Assembly (NCBI RefSeq): GCF_902652985.1
Contig: NC_047023.1
Coordinates: forward strand, 27,094,001-27,158,000
Length of the DNA stretch: 64,000 bases
Source: Pecten maximus
Lineage: Eukaryota
Reading direction: 5' to 3'
Both the position numbers and the translations under genes were made by a program. The first letter of the stretch is position 1. Every line of letters starts with the position of its first letter. Shown piece by piece: positions 39,058-52,016 of this stretch. Below the pieces are notes generated by a model that was not told the DNA's origin, made no database searches, and saw only the letters and a list, made by a program, of their open reading frames with translations.

Positions 39058-41719
39058 ATGAGTGTTCATTCCCATAAAGGCAACTATATCCGTCCAAGTT
39101 AGTATCGTCATTATAAATCGTCTATACGCTTTCTTATACGTCTAAATTTAGATTGAATTGTAGAGGAGTGTATCTGCATTTCCATTTATGAAGATGCTTT
39201 AACCGACAGTAGAATGTCCATGCCCCATACCTCCATACTAACTGACACCACTCAATACATTGGAGTTTGGTATAAGGGTAGTATTCTTGTGGAACTATAT
39301 TCACTTTATATATGTTAAAAGAAATGTATTAATCATGTTTCAATGCCATGGAAACCTGCTTTAAAAAGTAAAGCAGTCTGTAAAAGTTTCAAAGCGAGTT
39401 TAAAGACTATCAAAATGTATGAGGCAATGTTACTGAATTCATTACGGCGGTATCTCTTCGTCGATACATGATTAAATTATTAAACCAGTAGCAAGTAACA
39501 TTATGACAACGAGATTCCGAGTGGCAGGATACTCACAATTGTAATTCAAACTTGGTTAACTGCTCTTGATTAAGTTTTTTAATGTAATTCTAAACCACAT
39601 TTATCAGATCTGCCATTGTACTTACGTGCTCCGTGGACAGTGATATCTCAACCCGAGTGTTAAAGTCTCGTGCTTCCTTGACAAAATCTTAACAAACAAC
39701 TATATCATGACGTCAAGGCGACAATTCAATCACGTCATGTAAACTTAAGAATCGTCCACTTCCTTTTGAGATCCCCTTGTTTCTACCCCAAAGGGTTGAA
39801 AGATTCTATCCATTCCTGGCAAACACGGGATTACCCTGTGGATTATGTAAGGAAGTATGCGTCCCATAAATGAAATAAAATATAGGTGAGAAAGTGATAT
39901 AATTCGGAATATTCAGGTACCTATAAACTTGGTAAATGTAGTAATCAAATAATGATATATATACATAATTTAACTTTTACTGACTGAGTTGTCGTTGGAA
40001 GGGGGTGTGTGTCCCACAATTCGTCGATAGGGAGATACAGAAGGCATATTCTTTTGAAATTCGATTTTATTTCAACATGTTTAACGTAAAGAATACCTGA
40101 AAAAGTCTTATTAGATTGTGATAAATCTACTGCGATGTTTGTACCTGAATGCTGATTAATTCGTTAATTTGTATCTAATATGTTATCTTCCAGTTACAAA
40201 AGTAGTGGGATGACGTCATATACTTGGTGATGAGTGCTCTATTCAACTTGGAACTGCGTGGATGATCAATTACATTCCAGTGTTTTGAAATTACTACTAT
40301 AATTCATACTGCACTTAAACAATTAGGACTCGTTATTTAATTTATCAGGCGTGTACCGAACCCTAGGATACCAATCAATGGATCTGACCAAAAGTAGGAC
40401 AAAGAGCTTTTGTAAATGCTATTCTTTTGCAGTAATGTGTATTCAATAATATTCGCGATATATTTCATTTCGCTACGTTGGTAGTTAAAAGTACATCGTG
40501 AAAACAAATACCAAAAATGTTACCGTTTTTCACGTAGTACGGTATTTCCTTTTAAAATGGCGAAAGAATATCTTAAAACTATCACTTAAAAGCCTGTGAA
40601 TCTGTTGCACTTAAATTGTTCGTTATGAATATCTTTGCATGCACATGTCGTTTAATTTGAAAACATTTAATCATAATACATTACAAAAATCAAATATGCG
40701 TGCGCAATATAATTGAGAGTCAGTTTGCGATGTCATTTTTAAGCATGTTTCAAAAACCAAATATGATTTAAACATGAAATTCAATACAGAAATAATGGGT
40801 ATTACAGAATCTATAAGTGCATTATAACGTCAAAATCAGACATGCAGATCTCAAAATATGATTATAGCGTGTCCTTTGTCATGTTCCTATATTTAATAAT
40901 CTGAGTACCTTACTTATCGGCTCCTTGCAATTGGCAGACATGTTGCTGGACTTCCTGGAGACAGGCAGTATCAGCAACTGCAGTAGCTACATGCCTGCAT
41001 ATGTCCGAAAATCACGAACTTCTTCTTACTGAACATTAACTACTGTATGTAAAGTCTATCCATCTATCTTCCTAGTGCATATCACAGGCGACTATAAATC
41101 ATTTAACATTGACTTTGTGGGCCTGCGCTGTCTGGAAGGCGGAAAGTTACGATAACCGATATCTGTTCGGGGTGTGTGGCGGATTGATGGTATTACTATG
41201 ATCATGCTACACCTATCACTTAAACGTGCATTTCAGATTTAGCAAGAGAAAATATTGAATAAATACACAAAGAAGAGAGTAAAGAAACTGGACAAGCATA
41301 CATATTGAATTAACAAGCTAAATCAACCAATCAATCAAAATATACATGATAAGTAAGTATCGATATACCACACATCAGCAAAAATATAAAAGAGCTTGAC
41401 TGATCTAAATCATAAAGGCCAAGCATTATCTAGGGTCATATTAAGCCTAAAAAAAGTGGGAAATTTATCAAAATAGAAAGCGAAATTGTAAGCAAACTTA
41501 CTTGAACAATGAAAAGTTCAAACATGATTGGTGATCTAGATTTACATGATGTAATACATATACATTTACTTTTAGGATAATTCAATAAGGTAGAAAGCAT
41601 CCACTTTTCCAAACATATTTTGTTTTGATTCTGTATTGTTGAACATCCTATCAAAAGTTGTAGTCATATAAACATTCTGCCTAATACAACAAAGCAGGAT
41701 AATACTACCTCTACCCAGC

Positions 41720-42577
41720 CATATTAAGCAGGAGCAGCAACTGCTATTTTAGAGATTGCTAGAGGGCCGAACCTAAAGTCTTTCTCACAGGGGTGAACGC
41801 TTCAAGCATATGCTAAAATTGGGGTGAGGCCTATAGGTATAAGGAAGAAGAAAATTGTTTAGAGAGAGGAGTAAATATAAGATACCATGAGCATTACAGA
41901 GCAAACCGCTGTTTTGTTTTATTTAATATCGAAATACCAGGCATACCATGTTGTGATGCTGAAACAATAAATTATATAGTATAGTGACATTCGTATAACC
42001 TTCTGCCTTTTGAATACCTTTGATATATTCCGTTAGATTATGTTACTGTATGTTTGTATTAATGATGATAATACAGCATGGTCGAAAATCAAAATTGAGT
42101 GTTTACGGTTTCAATTCTACAGAGAGGAATTTAAACAAATGTAGCACTATCACATGATGCAGCTACACTGCCGTCATTTTTCGAACCATGCGAGGTCATA
42201 CGGCTATTTCAAAATAGTGTCCGTGGATTCGCGTATATAGTGTCAGTAGACTGAAATGTTCTCCGAGAACACGGTGTCGGGATACCACGCCCGGTTTCAT
42301 TATAATGACAAAAGTCGAATCGGTATTACAACCAGCCTGAAAGGTGAATATCATAGAGTAATACGTACCGACTATATAGACTTAAATTTGTCACGACCAG
42401 GGAACAGATCATATAACATTCCTCAGATGGACAAACGCTTAGGTTAAGGCCAAACGTGGACAATGGATACATTAGGAAGCAAAAATGAGCATAGGAAGAA
42501 GAGAACATATCAATTAACGAATATAGTTGCTACTTACGAATCATGCAAGGGAGCAGCAGGTAGAATTATAACGCCCT
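41720..42577 (-). mobile_element. Two decayed 5' halves of the Meta-type SINE-like family (41720-41886 and 42330-42577)
   Basis: Shared AGCAGGAGCAGCAAC...CTCACAGGGGTGAACGCT...AGGAAGAAG blocks, also present at 48460-48550 (+) and 50335-50613 (-). Confidence 0.5.
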
Positions 42578-42769
42578 TCCTACTCTCATGTTTTGTATGC
42601 TAATAAATCTATAAGTAAACATTGCCGGGATTACGTTTTAATTGTAATTGATATATTGGCATTACTGTGTTTCTTGGTGAGTAATTTAATGAATGTATGA
42701 ACATTGATACATTCACGTTTGGTATGTAATTACATCAGCATTGCTTTGGTATGTCTTGATACTCGTCTA

Positions 42770-42920
42770 CCGCTTACATCATTCCACTTATTGACAGGTA
42801 TCTTCCCAGCGCCTATAATTAGTGTTATGTCGGAGGTCATTGTTTTGTATTACATTGTTATCAAGTATTTAAATCAAGGTTTCATGTTAATGTTAAAGAG
42901 TAGTTATGTCGGTGTATAAT
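42770..42920 (+). pseudogene. Highly decayed Penelope-like RT C-terminal fragment (tentative)
   Basis: FHLLTGIFPAPIISVMSEVIVLY...YLNQGFMLMLKSS resembles the NFPFL.G.IP..PAYGVY.SQL.RY...LL.QGY....L..SF motif of mollusc PLE RTs. Confidence 0.3.
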
Positions 42921-45900
42921 TTGGTGTTTCTATGTTTAGTATGTCCATGTTAAGTGGGTACCTAAATCATTTGTTTTAGCATTGAAAACCTAAGATAATG
43001 TCTTCATGTACTCCTTAGTAGGAAGAGTACGAAGTGTTCCAGGTTATTATTGTTGTTCAATCAGATCATGAATATCAATGCCTTTATGCTTATATCTCAA
43101 TAAAATCGGGACATCATTATACCTTTATGATTAAATACATCTTGTCGATGTTGTAAAAATGTTTCAGTTGCACAGACCTTGAACTGTGCTGATAACATAC
43201 ATTATCAAATAAGACAACTTGACCAGCTTTTTTGTGTCCTTGCCGGGTGTGATTCATGCCACTAATATATCATTGGAGAAACAGCATCCCTTTATAGGGT
43301 TGATATTAAATTATTAACACATTTAGTTAGAATCTCGTCGACAATAATATCGTAATGTATCGATGTATCGGTCATCAACGGTGAAACTATCACATTTTAT
43401 AGGTGGTGTTCTAACGCGCCGACTTCTCGCCCACATTCAATAGCTAATCCGTTTTAAGGAATATGATTATGTGTTAAATATATAATGCAGGTGATCGAAC
43501 GTTTACAAGCATTTAAAAAATATATGTCTACTTGTTAAGACATAATGACCTAGCATTGTGGTCCTATTAAGTCTTCAAAATGAATTTGCGTCTACTAAAT
43601 TTCCGTTAAATGTGTGTAGTATCATTCAAAAAACGTCCATTGTAATGTGGCATTATTTGTCTTTTTTTTAATTAAGTTTAAATCTATTTAAATTAATGTG
43701 TTTACAAGAGATTGAAGATAAAGTAGAATATAGCATGTTGACCGCAGTTCTGCTTAAAATGGATTTATTTAGCTGTCCGTAGTAATCAATTAAGCTTTAA
43801 TAGATGTCGTATTACTCTAAAACATATCGAACTAAATTCAGAGCCAATGTAAATGTTGGATCATTTTACAACGGAGGTAGAAATAAAGCAAACTTAGTTG
43901 CATGTAGCACCTAGCTTGATCTTTTCGGCAATGGAGATAAATCTCTCCTTTGCATGCGGCCTTTTGCCTCTTTAGAAAGACATTATGAAGGATTTCGATG
44001 GATAATATGTGCCTTGTCTTTCTAAAATTTATATCCCGGCACGTCAGTGTCAACCTCATGCCTGATCAAACCGCTGTAGCATTAATCTACTAAACACAAA
44101 TTTCCCTCAAAACGGTCCGGTCGAATCAAAACATATGATTAATGTAACATTTCGTTCGGAAAGCGAAAACTCTCGACGCCACAACTTTATAGGCCAACGT
44201 TCCATTGATGGATGTGTATGTCGTCTTTAAATACACGTACGCCTGCCTTTTGAAGCATCCGCCTGTGGTACTTTGGTGTCATTAAATTTGCAATGTTAGA
44301 CAAGGAAATCGAAGTTGGGCTTATCGGATTTTAAACTTCCATTGCTTTTCTTATCAGTTTTAGGCAAAATATCAAAAGACTTCATTGTTTTAGTTCACGT
44401 TAATTTTTGTATTTATTAAAGCGTTAACGGACATATACCATAATGCTGAGTGTTTAAATGAGATAGGGGAAACATGTTAACATGAATGAAAAAAAAGTAT
44501 TTTGAAAAAAAAAAAAATATATATATATATATCTTTATTTATTTGATTATTTATTTCGTAGTTTCATCTGGTAATGAATCATATATAAATATTTTAATGG
44601 GTGCAAATAAAACAGATTATGAAAAGAGGCAAAGTGCAAAGTAATGTATCCTTAGTCTACAAGGAATAAAGCAGCTTCAGTGTTCAGCCAAGGACACCAT
44701 AGCGAATATCGCATTGACATTTCCACAATCGATACCTCGAGCTGTAAACCTCGGATGGTCAATTCTAGGAATTACAAACGTGTAAGCGACAAGTCCGAGG
44801 TGTCAACAAAGAACTAAATTGTTTCCAGAAGCATAATGTCATTGTTACTAATGGAATTTACGGCCAAAATATTTATACATTTTTCACGACGGCGAAAGAA
44901 ACAATTTCACAACTATCACGGAAATATGTCAATTGAGTAGCATATAACTGACAATCAACTGGCTTTTATAGTTCTGAGAAGCTGAAATCCCCGATTTACG
45001 ACTCGATTCGCGAGGATCTGCGGCAGCAAATAACCACAGTGTCTTCCCACTTTAGATTTCTTTACAGAATCCGAGAGAGACGAAAAAACACCAAATCAGC
45101 CGGAATTTGTACTACCTTTTTGTGGCATTAAAAATTGATGTACGTGTACATTGAAATAATCGATCAGAGCAGGGGTTTGCGGAATTCGGAACCTATAACG
45201 TCTTTCCGAAACCACATTTTTAGTACTGACTTGATATTCCTAGAACTTCACCATTAAAACATATTATCCTGCAATTTACCGGCGTTTTTGTTTATGAAAT
45301 TACCATACTTAATATCGCTTTAATTCTTTATTTGTTATGCGTTATCATCGTTCATTTTTTAGATAGAACCATTCATTTTTATAACACATTTTAGTTCCCT
45401 TATTTTTGCTATTTATCGTTATTTACTTCATGTCACTTAGATCATAGTACAAGTATATGGTATACAGACATGAAATTTCAGTCATCTGATTCTATAAAAC
45501 AGTCCTTATCTTGATCTTATTTTATTGATGGTATGTTACACGGTGAATAACCTACTGAATCAGATCAAGCCGGTTGCATGTTATAGTGAGGTCATAATGA
45601 AAATGGAATCGTTGGTATTGATATCACAAAGCACTGTTGCCTACATTACATAATTTAAAGGATGGATCTCGAAACCATGACGATGTCAAAACTAGTTTTG
45701 CCCCTCTTTGATTGCCGTATCGGAAGACCACAACGATGCGAGGAAAAGCAATTCTAAATTGAAATTCCCGGCAGTTCCATCCGGTACAACGATATTCATA
45801 ATCTTGCATGCATATCCAGAATTTGTTTTCGGACTCGTCATCCGTATTTCACTATGATTTTGTTACATATTCTAGAGTTTGACCGATCTATTCAGAGAAA

Positions 45901-48900
45901 ACCGTAATCCCTTAAGTACACATTACATACAGACATCGACCCGGGACAGCATATTGTAATTTACCAAGTCAAGCCATGGTGTACAGTAGTATGCGGGAAA
46001 TCTGATTTTGTTTATTAAAGTGTACGGGTAATAACGTATTTGGTGATAAACAGTTTGCGTGCACCAGTATGGGTGAGAGATGAACATGTCAAATGTTTAA
46101 GATTTGTTCTTTGTTACAGATACAAATGTATGCAGTTTCCACAAAAATGAAACATCAGGGCATAATGACAAACTGGAAACAATAACGAAACAAAGAAAAA
46201 ATGTATTTTTAGAATACATTATTTATACATATATTGTATATATAGACATGTTGTGTCTCTCTATTGTAATGTAGACCAGAACACGATTAATTTGCTGCCC
46301 TCAATACAGCACTAAAGGTCAGCCTAGCCATACCGGTATGACGATCCCTTGCTTTCCTGTCTACTCCATGTTCCTGTGAGTTACCGCTCTTGTTTTAGTA
46401 ATGGTTCATACGCACACAAATCGCTTATTATTTCAACTTTATATGGGAAGAATACTTTTACACGTAGTATATGTATATATGGTGCCGTACGGGTATTTGC
46501 AATATGTCCATCATAAAATTCACTGTGGGCATGGTACACTTGTATGTTTATATTGATTCGTTTATACCAATACTACTTACGGTTATACATTACAGTGTAA
46601 GTAATATACACTCATTGATGACTGAGGAAGTGCGATTTTTCATAGAGTGACTATCGATCAACATTTATGTATGGCAGGTGTCGTCGATGAAGAAGACGCG
46701 TACCCTTCCGGAACACCTGGTTGTATTCTCCTTTTCAAGCGTCTGTATGAATATGTATTTTCCTGTTTTATCGATTTGGTGTAAAAATTATCGTTCCATT
46801 TTGATGTCGGTATATTCTTTTTTGATACATGTTTATTGTCCAATTGGTGATAAATTTAAATTGATGGAGATAATTATGTTAAGTTGTTTATACGTCATTC
46901 AACCATAATCACATTCGAAAAGTAGTTCAGGAGAAATTAACAGATCAAGTAAAAGAACAAAATGAAAAAATAAGCAGGAATGAAAAGGAAGGAAAAGGAA
47001 TTCAGATGATATTAACATTATATTTGATAATACTGATCATTAAGAGCGTTCTGTGTAGTTTCAAATTATATCTTATTAGACCTCAGTAGAGCAAGTGCAT
47101 GTGTGCACTTTACTGCATATTACAATTTTCTGATTAAATGGAACAAAGAGCAAATATTAGATTACCTGTATCCCTATTTAGATTTTAAGTAACGCATGGT
47201 TGCGATATAGATGGCATGCAAATGTAGCTCCTATATCAGGCTCCCCAATCCCATAATGCAGTGTGAGAGCTGACGTACTGATGTAAACAAAAATGGCGAA
47301 AACAACAACCGTCACAAAAAGAGAAAACGAACCTTACACAGATAGTATCCCAATATATCGTCAGATTGTGAGGAAGAAATGTAGAAGCCTGCATTTTACT
47401 TGATACCTTACGTGCGTTCAAGGGAACGAAATTCTACTTTCCGTATGCTATGCGTTGTCCAATAATGCTTTCTTTAAACAATGTTGTTGATGGGTTTTTT
47501 TCTTTCTTAATAAGAGCTTAATGAATGAAAATGAAGCTCTTAGTCAAAACTAAAATAGACAGTTGCCCTTTGATACAGCTGAAATAAAAATATAAGTTAC
47601 TTAAAATCCGGTTAACTGAATCTTGCCTGTGAGCGACATACAATGTTCACCCAGACTAGTGTTACATAGTAGCCTCGCTTTCGATATAATCGCGTCACTC
47701 TCTCAAATGTAGCCTGAAGACGGGGCTACATATATATATACTAAAGTATTTTCCTGGTCAAGCTGGACTCTAGAGATACCAATGAAATCAACGAAAATAG
47801 CATGGACATGATAATGATAGTAACGGAAAAGTTTAAAAACGTTACGTAACATTGGTTCAAAGTAAAAATAGATTTACACAAGTATGTTACATCTTGTATA
47901 AAATTGTTACATTTCGCCCAAGTTGCTTGTAAATACTGTACAGTGGGTGGCTGCAGATCCCGTCACAGACGACCAATTAGTGTATAGGTAAATATGATGA
48001 GGTACATGTAGCTTGTGGTCGTCAATTACAGACAGTGATGGTTGTAAGGAAATCCTCACATCACTTCGCAGTGAAATTTGTCTTTAAAACTTAAATGATC
48101 GTCACAAAAATTTGCGTAAAGCATATGCTTCTTTTTTGGTAACGCTATATTGTGCGCATGCGTGAAAATCTGTTTACATTCAATCCTATAATTAATCCAT
48201 CAAATTAAACAAAATTAGTTACCTTTCTTGTTTGCATTAGTATAATTAAGGGAGTTTACCTCATAATTTGCAGGCGAACACAAGTATGAACGTAATCAGA
48301 ATTACATTCCAACCCTTACTTTAATAGTTATCGAGCTAATCGAGTAAGAGAGCTAATCAATATTTCCCCGACATTGTATAATGTGTGCGATGACCACCTT
48401 TAATAAACGTTCCTGCTGCTCTTATTTCATTATTCAGAAGGACCATATTTTGTCCTCTTTCTTAACAAATTTCTTCTTCCTATTGTTTCCTTTAACAACG
48501 CCTCTCATTCGGCCTCTTGTTGAGCGTTTGCCCATGTGAGGAAGGCTTCAGACAGAAGTTTATAAGAAGGTATGTATAGAAGGTGTTGGTCTCTGACTCA
48601 GATAGATATTTAGTTTAGATAAACCTTGAAATTAACAAGAAAGAACAAAGTCTTTTTAATTAAAACCGTTTGCACATACGTAAACTGCAAGTGGTCGCGG
48701 CATATTAAATCACCATCCGGAGCATGACCTTGTGGGTAAATACAACAATAATGGTCAAACCATTGCTTACGTTTACATTTCTATCATGTGAAGTTTGTTT
48801 TATTGTTCGCTCTGAATAATAATCAATATATGCATGTCTAGCTATTTTTTCACCATCATAATAACATTAAACTATGCCTGTAACAGGAAATGATAAAATA

Positions 48901-50334
48901 AGAAAGCAAATTTCGGCTATCCAGTAATTTAGTTAAGTGGTAGAACACATTTGCACTGGAATCCTCGAACGCCACAGACAAGTGGAGAAAGGCACATTTA
49001 ACGCCTGGCCATAGACATGAAATAATGATGCCTTATATTCATATTACAGTGTGTCGTTTAATACATGTAAATATAGCTTATAGAGGATGTTTTACAATAC
49101 GAGATAGCCTTAAAAATTGCCTCAGACAAACAAAACAGTCTTAATCTACTCGTATATGCTTCGCTTTTTTATAACACTGCGCTTTATTAGCAAATAGAAG
49201 CAATAATTTTATGAGAAATATGTTTAATAGGTTTGATATAACATATGTACATTTGCTCTAAGGACAATTATCATAAAATACATTGTAAAGGTTCATTGAA
49301 GTCGTATAAATATAAAGAATATATGGCTAGTTTGTTACAATACAAGGTTTGTTTTATTGCGAGGCTTAGGGAACACGAGGTGACAAGGTTTTGCCAAGTC
49401 ATCTAGGCGTCCTGTGTCGAGCACCAAAATACCCTTGTATTGTTAAATACTAGTTATGTATTCTGTTTCTCCTGAAACAATTTTCTACAAGTTGACGACA
49501 TTCAAAACAAACAAATATTCGGATTGTTTACTTTTCCTGGATACGAATGACCCCGAGTGAAATATACTGCAACGTACGCAGGAAAATATCCACTGTATAT
49601 GGATTTACAACCACGAAACTATTAATGCGCAATTTCAAGTTAGGTCCAGACTTTTTGTGCAAATCAGTTCAATTGCGCTTAAACATGTATAGAAATATAA
49701 CAGGAAAACAAATTATTCCCGACAAAGTCCCATTTAATTTACTATATGTTTGAAACTGCAATCAACAAAACGATTTAATTAAACAGACATCTACTGTAGT
49801 TGGAAGTAGTCCCGTCAGGTGTGGAACACGTGAACCGTATTGGCGTATAAAGCAATCGTATTGACAGATAAAGCGTGCGTTTATCCGTCAGTAGTTATCG
49901 GTCAGTGTGTGGCAGTTGCAGGATAAATATATATCCATGCGTACGAAGTGAGGTCTCTTGAAAACATTTCACTAAAATGTCATGTCGTAGATCATCTGTC
50001 ATGACGTCTCTCCTAGTCCATTATTCATTATTCAATATATTACCCCTTATACACTCAAGCAATTTCATTTAGCATGTTTTCTTTTACACCTATCTTACAT
50101 GTATCTTATTCTTGAGATTCGAAGTAGGGACCAACATAATGTGTTAACCTGAAAAGGGGCCAACAATGGGGGTCCCGATAATCTACAAGAAGCGTTTTAC
50201 TCCCGTTTATTGTGCCTATAGAACGTACAAGAATACCAAATTAAGGCAGTCTATTGTTTCACACAATTAACACAACAATATCATTATGTGTATTAAAATT
50301 AGGTCCTGTAAAGAGGCATTGTACGGAAATATCT

Positions 50335-50613
50335 TCCCGGCCTGTCACATTATACTGGCTACCGGTGAATTAGTCGTCACAATCCAAAAATGCTGAGTGC
50401 TAAGGAGGAGTAGCAACCATGCATGTCTAGGCTTGGGGACAAAACAATAAAGCCTTCCTCACAGGTGTGAAAACTCAAATAAAGGCGAAATGTGAGGCAA
50501 TATCGACGGAAAGTTAGGAAGACGGAATTTGTTTAGAAAGAAGAGAACAAATAAAATCCAACAATAAGCCGTCTCTTGCGATCAATAGTGGAAGCAGCCA
50601 TAATTTTTATGCC
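50335..50613 (-). mobile_element. Decayed Meta-type SINE-like copy (5' half to core)
   Basis: Reverse complement contains CAGTATAATGTGAC, GCACTCAGCAT and GTGAGGAAGGCTTT blocks. Confidence 0.6.
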
Positions 50614-51744
50614 AACCTGCAGAGCAATGGCATGACATTCTTCCATTTCCATGTTACTGACACCTGGTAGAGGCCAGTTATGTTTTATTATGTTTTTCAT
50701 ATGAGTACTAAATGCTAATGTCAAGCTGGAAGCATAACGTGTTGTTGTTTTTGCAAGTATGCGATACATCGGTATATGAAACAAAACTTGACGTAAACAA
50801 TTCCGATTGTTTGTCATGTTGTAATATACCTTGCAATCACGATATTTTTCCGCAATGTTCGACTTTCGACAATGTCTTTGACTCGATAAATAATGAAATA
50901 TAAAAAATAAACAATGTCAATTTTGATTTCAGAAAAAATATTTCAAAACACTGTAAGGTTGCTTTTATTTACGAAAACAAAACAGGAATGAATCCTACCT
51001 CACTCCGTATAAACATACGGGAATAACTAATAGTATACATATAATCCATATCAATCTATCTACGGCGAGACATAACATCTACACAGATCAATACGAGTGT
51101 GTTTGTTCTCTGGCAGTAATGTCAGTTCACCTTTCTATATTCAACAAACCTTAAACAATTCAAGTCTATTAGTGAATAATCAATTATAGTATCCTGATAC
51201 CAAATGCATTTAAGAAGCATCACCTTGGTAAAGCTATAGCGGGTTATGGAGTGAACACCACAACATTACGTCTCCCAAGAGATACCACCGTGTCATGCGG
51301 CACATTAGTCAAGATGGAGAACTCTTCGATCTATCACAAGTCATAATTAGCATGATTGTAGTCATTTAATGTCGGCGGTTTATCGCGTGAAATGGCAGAA
51401 AGTTGACCGGGTCCGCATGGAATACAATTGTCATTTGTTTTTGTAATTGACTGATTCGCTGTCAAATAATTGACCAGCATGGCTTTAACATAGCAGAGAC
51501 CTCCTAGACACACCATGTTTTTGCCCGATGTATGTGTGTATATTAAATATACTAATTAAACATCCAATGCAACTTTATAATCATTGAAAAAAGTGTGTAC
51601 TCGACCGAGAACATATAAAAACATAAATATGAAGACGCATAATTCAAATACATATATCATTTTTTTTACATTTATTTCAAGATTTTTCTGTGTTGATGGA
51701 CCGTTACAATGTAGGAATATAGTGGTAATGATAATAATTGGCTT

Positions 51745-52016
51745 TATTTTTCACTCCTCCATCCCTGCAGGCAGGACGTAAGAATCTACGCCTGGTTTAC
51801 CCGTTATCAATATAATGTGACTGCAGAGCGTGTCTGCAGCCTTCGTGAAGAAGCAATATGAAGTCAGCATCGGTTCTTCACTATCACAAAGATACCTGAA
51901 TGTAGAGTAGCCTCCCAAAAGCACTCGTATTTAACACACTCTCATTTTGGATACAAGCTAAGGCCGTCCTAAAATGGCCATTGCTGTTGAAAGGACTTAA
52001 TAAACAAGATAAAACG
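51745..52016 (+). mobile_element. Decayed Meta-type SINE copy (core and tail)
   Basis: CCCGTTATCAATATAATGTGAC...CACTATCACAA...GCCTCCCAAAA...AGGCCGTCCTAAAATGGCCATTGCTGTTGAAAGGAC. Confidence 0.65.
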
